From assembly GCA_007375595.1 (NCBI GenBank), contig VMEP01000001.1, positions 10,061 to 74,060 on the forward strand: a stretch of 64,000 nt of DNA, in the 5' to 3' direction. The notes below the pieces were generated by a model. It searched no databases. It was given only the letters and a program-made list of their open reading frames with translations, and had not been told where the DNA came from. Both the position numbers and the translations under genes were made by a program. Each line of letters begins with the position of its first letter. The stretch's first letter is position 1. Source of the DNA: Parcubacteria group bacterium LiPW_30. Its GTDB lineage: Bacteria; Patescibacteriota; Minisyncoccia; Phycocordibacterales; VMEP01. Of this stretch, positions 58,785 to 64,000 are shown one piece after another.

Positions 58785-60428
58785 TTAGTAGCCCATGCTT
58801 GGTGCAGGTGCTTCTTTTTCTTCCTTTGGCTCATCGGCGATCGCGACTTCGGTCGTAAGTAAAACAGCAGCGGCTGAAGCAGCATTTTGAACACCGCTTC
58901 TTGTCACCTTTAGTGGATCAATAATTCCAGCCAAAATCATATCGGGAACTATTTCATCGTTTGCCGCATCATATCCAGAAAAACCTTTTGCGTTTTTAAC
59001 TTTATCAACGATAACAGAACCATCATCCTTACCGGCATTGATTGCAATCTGGCGAAGTGGCGCTTCAAGAGCTTTCAAAAGAATACTAACGCCAACCATG
59101 AATTCCGACTCAAAACTTTTCGCAAATGCCGGTGCGTGTTTTAATGTTGCTTCAACAGACTTCGCGGCCTTAATGAGCGCGACCCCACCGCCAGGGACAA
59201 TTCCTTCTTCGACAGCAGCCTTCGTCGCATTAACCGCATCTTCTATTTTTAATTTCAAATACTTCATTTCTGTCTCTGTTGCTGCTCCAACTTTTATAAC
59301 AGCAACTCCGCCAGTTAATTTTGCGAGTCGTTCTTCAATTTTCTCAACATCAAACTTAGATTCTGTTTTTTCGCGAATTTTTTTCAATTGAGATACTCGT
59401 GCTTCAATATCTGCTTTCTTTCCCTTCCCACCAACAATAGTTGTGCTGTCTTTTGTGGAAATTATTTTATTAGCATGACCCAAAACAGAAACATCAACAT
59501 TTTCAAGTTTAATACCAAGCTCGTCGGAAACAACTTTTGCTCCGGTCAAAACAGCAATATCTTGAAGTAGCTCTTTTTTTCTATCTCCGTACCCTGGCGC
59601 CTTAATTGCAAGCACTGAAAAAGCTCCACGGATTTTATTAACCACAAAAGTAGCCAGTGCTTCGCCGTCAACATCATCAGCAATAATCACAATCTCCTTC
59701 TTGCCGGTTTGGGCGAGTTTTTCAAGCAACGGTAAAATCTCCTTTATACTTGAAATCTTTTTATCGGTAATAAAAATAGGAGCATCTCTATATTCTGCCT
59801 CCATTCTATCGCCATTGGTTATCATATAAGGAGAAATGTACCCTTTATCAAACTGCATTCCTTCAACTATCTCAGATTCAATACCAAACGACTGTGATTC
59901 TTCCACTGTTACCACTCCGTCTTTGCCAACCTTGCCAATTGTGTCTGCAATAATTTTCCCAATCTCTTTAGATTCAGCAGATATAGAAGCCACCTGCATT
60001 ATTTCTTCTTTACTTTTTATCTCCTTACCAATCTTCTTCAAGGCAATCACTACTTCCCCTGCCGCGCTTTCAATCCCCAAACGAATTCCCATAGCGTTCA
60101 CACCCATAGTTGTCTGCTTGATACCTTCAGAGACAATGGCTTGGGTCAAAATAACGGCTGTCGTTGTGCCGTCCCCTGCGTTTTCATTTGTTTTAGTTGC
60201 AACCTCTTTCACAATCTCCGCACCCATGTTTTCAAATTTATCAGAAAGAGTAATTTCTTTTGCGATTGAAACTCCATCGTTTGTGATTGTTGGAGCGCCA
60301 TAGCCCTTATCGAAAACAACATTTCGCCCACGAGGACCAATTGTTATCTTTACTGCGTTTGCAACCTTATCAACTCCATTTTTTAAAAGTTGACGAGCAT
60401 TCTCATTGAAAATTATTTGTTTTGCCAT
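58785..60428 (-). CDS. groL: Chaperonin GroEL
   Basis: GPRGRNV, ITNDGVSIAKEI, AGDGTTTA, GMQFDKGYISPY and GGVAVIKVGAATE. Confidence 0.98.
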   Translation of the reverse strand: MAKQIIFNENARQLLKNGVDKVANAVKITIGPRGRNVVFDKGYGAPTITNDGVSIAKEITLSDKFENMGAEIVKEVATKTNENAGDGTTTAVILTQAIVSEGIKQTTMGVNAMGIRLGIESAAGEVVIALKKIGKEIKSKEEIMQVASISAESKEIGKIIADTIGKVGKDGVVTVEESQSFGIESEIVEGMQFDKGYISPYMITNGDRMEAEYRDAPIFITDKKISSIKEILPLLEKLAQTGKKEIVIIADDVDGEALATFVVNKIRGAFSVLAIKAPGYGDRKKELLQDIAVLTGAKVVSDELGIKLENVDVSVLGHANKIISTKDSTTIVGGKGKKADIEARVSQLKKIREKTESKFDVEKIEERLAKLTGGVAVIKVGAATETEMKYLKLKIEDAVNATKAAVEEGIVPGGGVALIKAAKSVEATLKHAPAFAKSFESEFMVGVSILLKALEAPLRQIAINAGKDDGSVIVDKVKNAKGFSGYDAANDEIVPDMILAGIIDPLKVTRSGVQNAASAAAVLLTTEVAIADEPKEEKEAPAPSMGY

Positions 60429-60440
60429 ATTTTAAAAAAA

Positions 60441-60749
60441 TTATTTGATAATCGCTAAAATATTTTCTTCTTTTAACATGAAGTATTCATCTCCCTCAAC
60501 CTTTACTTCATCTGGTCCGTATTTAGAAAAGATAACCATATCTCCAACTTTAACCTTCATTGGTAAAATTTTTCCTTCATTATTCATACGACCCTCACCA
60601 ACAGCTATAACTTTCCCCTGCTCTGGTCTTTCTTGATCAACTGTTTCTGGAATAATAATTCCACTTTTAGTTTTTTTAGCGTCTTCTTTAGTGAATGGTT
60701 TAACTAAAACTCTGTCTCCGAGTGGAATAATTTTTGTTTCTTTTTTCAT
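60441..60749 (-). CDS. groS: Co-chaperonin GroES
   Basis: PLGDRVLVK, TKSGIIIP, GKVIAVGEG and VKVGD. Confidence 0.97.
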   Translation of the reverse strand: MKKETKIIPLGDRVLVKPFTKEDAKKTKSGIIIPETVDQERPEQGKVIAVGEGRMNNEGKILPMKVKVGDMVIFSKYGPDEVKVEGDEYFMLKEENILAIIK

Positions 60750-60975
60750 ATTTTTGTTTAGTTATTAATAAAATGAATTAATTAATAGAAGCCCTTGAAA
60801 CAACAATCATACACTACTTTATAACAAATACGGCAATATAATATTCCATCTGTATATAGCTGTCAAAATAACTTTTTTTTATTAAATTAATCTGGTTTGA
60901 CATAATTATTATTACGTTGTAATATCTCAAGAGCAGACCTTTCCTAGTTAATACCACTAAACGGAGGAACACGAA

Positions 60976-61500
60976 ATGGCAGGAATCTCTCACGAGTTAA
61001 GTAAGCTCGCCGACGAACTGAGCAAGATCGAGTCCCAAACCAACGCGGCACACGTGCGCCTCGGTGGTGCGAAAACGAAGCTCAATTCCGCGCAATTGCA
61101 CCTCGATACGATGCAAGCCGCATTCCAATCGGCAGAAAAGCAACTGGCAGATGTGAACGATCGCAAGGCAGCTTTACTGAAGCAAGTCACCGATCTCGTC
61201 AAAGCCGAGATTCCTCCCGTCCGGGATGATTCAATCTCGGCAATGAGAATCGTCAACGCCGCCGAGTTTCCAGTGCTGACACTAACCGTGAGCGATCTCG
61301 AACTCAATGTACGCCCTGAAAATTGCCTCAAAGGGGCTTCCATCTATTACCTCGGTGACTTAGTTCAACTTACCGAAGCCGAGGTCTTGGAAATTCCGAA
61401 CTTCGGCCCCAAATGCCTGCAAGAAACACTGGAAGCCCTTTCTTTTCGTGGCCTCACTCTCGGCATGAAGGTCACGGGCTGGTCACCCCCTCAGCCTTGA
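60976..61500 (+). CDS. Coiled-coil protein fused to an RNA polymerase alpha-subunit C-terminal domain
   Basis: DLELNVRPENCLKGASIYYLGDLVQLTEAEVLEIPNFGPKCLQE..LGM...W..P matches alpha-CTD. No alpha-NTD. GGAGG SD. Confidence 0.85.
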   Translation: MAGISHELSKLADELSKIESQTNAAHVRLGGAKTKLNSAQLHLDTMQAAFQSAEKQLADVNDRKAALLKQVTDLVKAEIPPVRDDSISAMRIVNAAEFPVLTLTVSDLELNVRPENCLKGASIYYLGDLVQLTEAEVLEIPNFGPKCLQETLEALSFRGLTLGMKVTGWSPPQP

Positions 61501-61531
61501 ACATTCGCATTTGGTGGCCTTAGACACCAAC

Positions 61532-61562
61532 CCCCGCATGACATGCGGGGTTCTTCTTTTTT
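61532..61562 (+). terminator. Intrinsic terminator
   Basis: CCCCGCATG-A-CATGCGGGG followed by TTCTTCTTTTTT. Confidence 0.8.
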
Positions 61563-61605
61563 AAAAGAGTAATTTACTACGTTGGATTTCCGAATTTTAA
61601 TACTC

Positions 61606-61699
61606 TTAAAATACTTTTTTAAAACATTGCGCAGTGCGACGGCACGAGCATAGTAAATTTTTAGCAAAAAATTATACGTGTTTTAAAAAAGTATTTTAA
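61606..61699 (+). repeat. Structured element, copy B (GACG/AGCA double hairpin inside a 21-bp closing stem)
   Basis: Perfect 21-bp inverted repeat 61606-61626/61679-61699. Core is homologous to 3607-3660 on the minus strand. Confidence 0.7.
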
Positions 61700-61747
61700 A
61701 AAGATAGATGTTGCATTTTTTACTACCCTTTGGTAGAGTTTTTACAT

Positions 61748-61981
61748 ATGGAACTTATCGCTACTGCCCTACCGTGGGCCCAAGTTGCGCTTTCCGCTCT
61801 ACTCATTGCCGCAATACTGCTTCAGCAGTCCGGTACTGATACAGGCGGGGCCTTAGGTGGAGGAGAAGGATCAAGCTGGCAAAACAGCAAAAGAGGAGTA
61901 GAAAAAATACTCTTTAATGCAACGATAATAATCGCTCTTTTGTTTGCTGTCTCTTCTTTTCTTGCTCTCGTCGTCCGATAA
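61748..61981 (+). CDS. secG: Preprotein translocase subunit SecG
   Basis: ILLQQSG...GGALGG...KRGVEKILFNATII, two TM helices. Confidence 0.88.
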   Translation: MELIATALPWAQVALSALLIAAILLQQSGTDTGGALGGGEGSSWQNSKRGVEKILFNATIIIALLFAVSSFLALVVR

Positions 61982-62054
61982 AGCTCCAAAAGCCAAACTG
62001 TATTAATTCTACATACAGGCCGATTGGCTATTAAATTAAACAAAAATAACTCTA

Positions 62055-63818
62055 GTGAACGAAGAGAATAGTATAAAGGGAAGCAATATCCCTTCAAAAA
62101 AAGAAGTTATCCGAGCAATCGGCTCTTTTTCGTGTAAAGAAAAGAAGGCTCTATTAATACTCGCGGGATTGTTTGTTGTTAGTTTTCTTTGGTTTGTACA
62201 GTCGGTTAATCAAGAGTTTAAAGTTAATGTTCCAGCCCACGGCGGAACATTAACGGAAGGAATTATTGGTACACCAAGACTAATCAATCCGGTTCTTGCA
62301 ATATCAGATGCCGATCGAGACATTACTGAATTAGTTTACTCTGGACTCATCAGGAAGATGCCTGATGGAGAAATTGTGCCTGATTTAGCTTCTAGTTATG
62401 AAATTTCAAACGACGGACTTTCTTATACTTTCACACTAAAAGATGATCTAACTTTCCACGACGGCAAACCGCTTACAACAGACGATGTTCTCTTTACAAT
62501 AGAAAAAGCACAGGACCAAGTTTTAAAAAGTCCAAAGCGTTTAAACTGGGAGGGTGTGACTGTACAAAAAATAGATGACAAGAAAATTCGTTTTATTTTA
62601 AAACAGCCATACTCCCCTTTTATTGAAAACGCTACGATAGGAATATTACCAAAACATATCTGGAAAAACATAAGTTCAGAACAAATGAGCTTGAGTGACT
62701 TCAACACAAATGGAGTTGGCTCTGGTCCTTACAAAATAGAATCTATAAAAAAAGATTCCTCTGGAATACCTTCCTACTATAAATTAAATTCTTTTAAAAA
62801 ATTCGCACTTGGTAAACCATATATAGACACAATAGTGGTTCGTTTTTACGCAAACGAAAAAGAACTCGTTCAAGCCCTAAAGAACGGGGCCGTGGATAAT
62901 ATAAATGCCATAGACCCAGAATACGCCAAGGATATCTCTAAAGATTTCCAAATAATTACAACTCCGCTTCCTAGAATATTTGGTGTATTCTTCAACCAAA
63001 ATCAATCTCCTGCCCTATCTGATATAGCTGTACGCCGAGCTTTAAATAACACCGTTAATAGAAAAGAAATTATTGATTCAGTTCTCTATGGTTATGGGAT
63101 ACCAGCCTATAGCCCAATACCAAAAACGGGCAAAGATTATGTCCCTGTCTATCAAAGTTCTGAAGCCACAGATCAAGATAAAAAAATAACGGAAGCAAGA
63201 GCTTCCCTCGAAAAAGCTGGGTGGAAATGGAACGAAGAAAAAAAAGTTCTTGAGAAAAAAGATAAAAAAAATACCGTTGCACTTTCCTTCTCGATAACAA
63301 CAGCGGACACCCCAGAATTAAAAGCGGCAGCGATGTTGATTGAGAATCAATGGGAAAAACTAGGAGCAAATGTTGAAATAAGAATATTTGAATCAGGAGA
63401 CTTAAACCAAAATATAATACGACCAAGAAAATATGACGCTCTTTTGTTCGGAGAAATAATAAGACAAAATTCCGACCCGTATGCTTTCTGGCATTCATCT
63501 CAAAGAAACGACCCAGGACTAAATATTGCGATGTACGCAAACTCGTCTGTCGATAAACTATTAGAGACAGCTCGAACAACCACCGATGAAAAAAAGAGAC
63601 AAGAGTCATACCGTTTGTTTGAAAATGAAATATCAAGTGACGTTCCCGCAATCTTCCTTTACTCGCCTGATTTTATTTACGTATTAGGCAAGAAATTGAA
63701 AGGCGTTGATTTCGGAGAAACGACAATAACCTCAGAAAGGTTTACGGTTGTTTACAAATGGTATTTAAAGACAGAAAACGTTTGGAAGATTTTTACTAAA
63801 GAAGAAAACATTATCTAA
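62055..63818 (+). CDS. Peptide ABC transporter substrate-binding protein (family 5)
   Basis: GGTLTEG, VYSGL, PDLA, FHDGKPLTTDDVLFT, GSGPY and VRRAL. Confidence 0.88.
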   Translation: MNEENSIKGSNIPSKKEVIRAIGSFSCKEKKALLILAGLFVVSFLWFVQSVNQEFKVNVPAHGGTLTEGIIGTPRLINPVLAISDADRDITELVYSGLIRKMPDGEIVPDLASSYEISNDGLSYTFTLKDDLTFHDGKPLTTDDVLFTIEKAQDQVLKSPKRLNWEGVTVQKIDDKKIRFILKQPYSPFIENATIGILPKHIWKNISSEQMSLSDFNTNGVGSGPYKIESIKKDSSGIPSYYKLNSFKKFALGKPYIDTIVVRFYANEKELVQALKNGAVDNINAIDPEYAKDISKDFQIITTPLPRIFGVFFNQNQSPALSDIAVRRALNNTVNRKEIIDSVLYGYGIPAYSPIPKTGKDYVPVYQSSEATDQDKKITEARASLEKAGWKWNEEKKVLEKKDKKNTVALSFSITTADTPELKAAAMLIENQWEKLGANVEIRIFESGDLNQNIIRPRKYDALLFGEIIRQNSDPYAFWHSSQRNDPGLNIAMYANSSVDKLLETARTTTDEKKRQESYRLFENEISSDVPAIFLYSPDFIYVLGKKLKGVDFGETTITSERFTVVYKWYLKTENVWKIFTKEENII

Positions 63819-63835
63819 AAAAATAATTAAAAAAC

Positions 63836-64000
63836 ATGACTGATAAAACAGAAAAACCAACAGGAAAAGACGGAGCAAAACCAACGTCACATGTACGACG
63901 TGCAACTAGAACATTTCCAAATCTACAAAGTGGCACAAGCACCGGAAACATCTCTGCTCGGGGAGCTGTAAGTAGTGCTCGATTTACTAGCACTCCTGGA
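63836..64000 (+). CDS. Start of an ORF running off the right edge (product unknown)
   Basis: ATG 17 nt after the previous stop; open to the end of the window (MTDKTEKPTGKDG...). Confidence 0.45.
   Translation, partial: MTDKTEKPTGKDGAKPTSHVRRATRTFPNLQSGTSTGNISARGAVSSARFTSTPG

Noticed and set aside
24830-60303. Long antisense ORFs such as 11301-12002, 24830-25579, 43132-44022, 47682-48326 and 59836-60303
   Set aside because: Shadow frames opposite well-supported genes, with Ser/Phe/Ile-rich antisense composition.
60750-60975. CIRCE element upstream of groES
   Set aside because: TTAGCACTC-N9-GAGTGCTAA is not present.
1-64000. Alternative genetic code (TGA=Gly, as in Gracilibacteria)
   Set aside because: Long genes are uninterrupted under code 11 and several end in TGA.

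Overview
AT-rich bacterial chromosome segment using the standard code (TGA is a stop). Gene content points to a Patescibacteria/CPR (Parcubacteria-like) organism, by inference only: a PaaX/Cas2-like wHTH protein, a VirD4-like ATPase, lamin-tail surface proteins, a type IV pilin, class II RNR and few Shine-Dalgarno sites. The core genes are secA (partial), murB, murC, murI, rsmI, nrdJ, htpX, lemA, groES/groEL, secG, tRNA-Ile and tRNA-Ser. A surface-glycan locus of about 28 kb (about 11.1-39.9 kb) contains gmd, fcl, wzm/wzt, an asnB-like amidotransferase, many glycosyl- and methyltransferases, and a TPP alpha/beta pair. The most unusual signal is three small nuclease-like genes, each bracketed on both sides by its own family of palindromes. 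These are a PaaX/Cas2-like gene between twin 40/46-bp palindromes, a GIY-YIG gene between two ~120-bp REPIN-like inverted-repeat doublets, and a GIY-YIG gene inside a rearranged tRNA-Ser locus with palindromic D-loop insertions and a replacement tRNA. Also seen: a dispersed covarying structured element with GACG/AGCA loops (3.6 kb and 61.6 kb), a stand-alone proteobacterial-type RNA polymerase alpha-CTD, a 24-aa histone-H1-like peptide missed by the ORF track, and a BldC-like regulator preceded by 10-bp-phased repeats. All product calls come from recognising motifs by eye; no searches were run.
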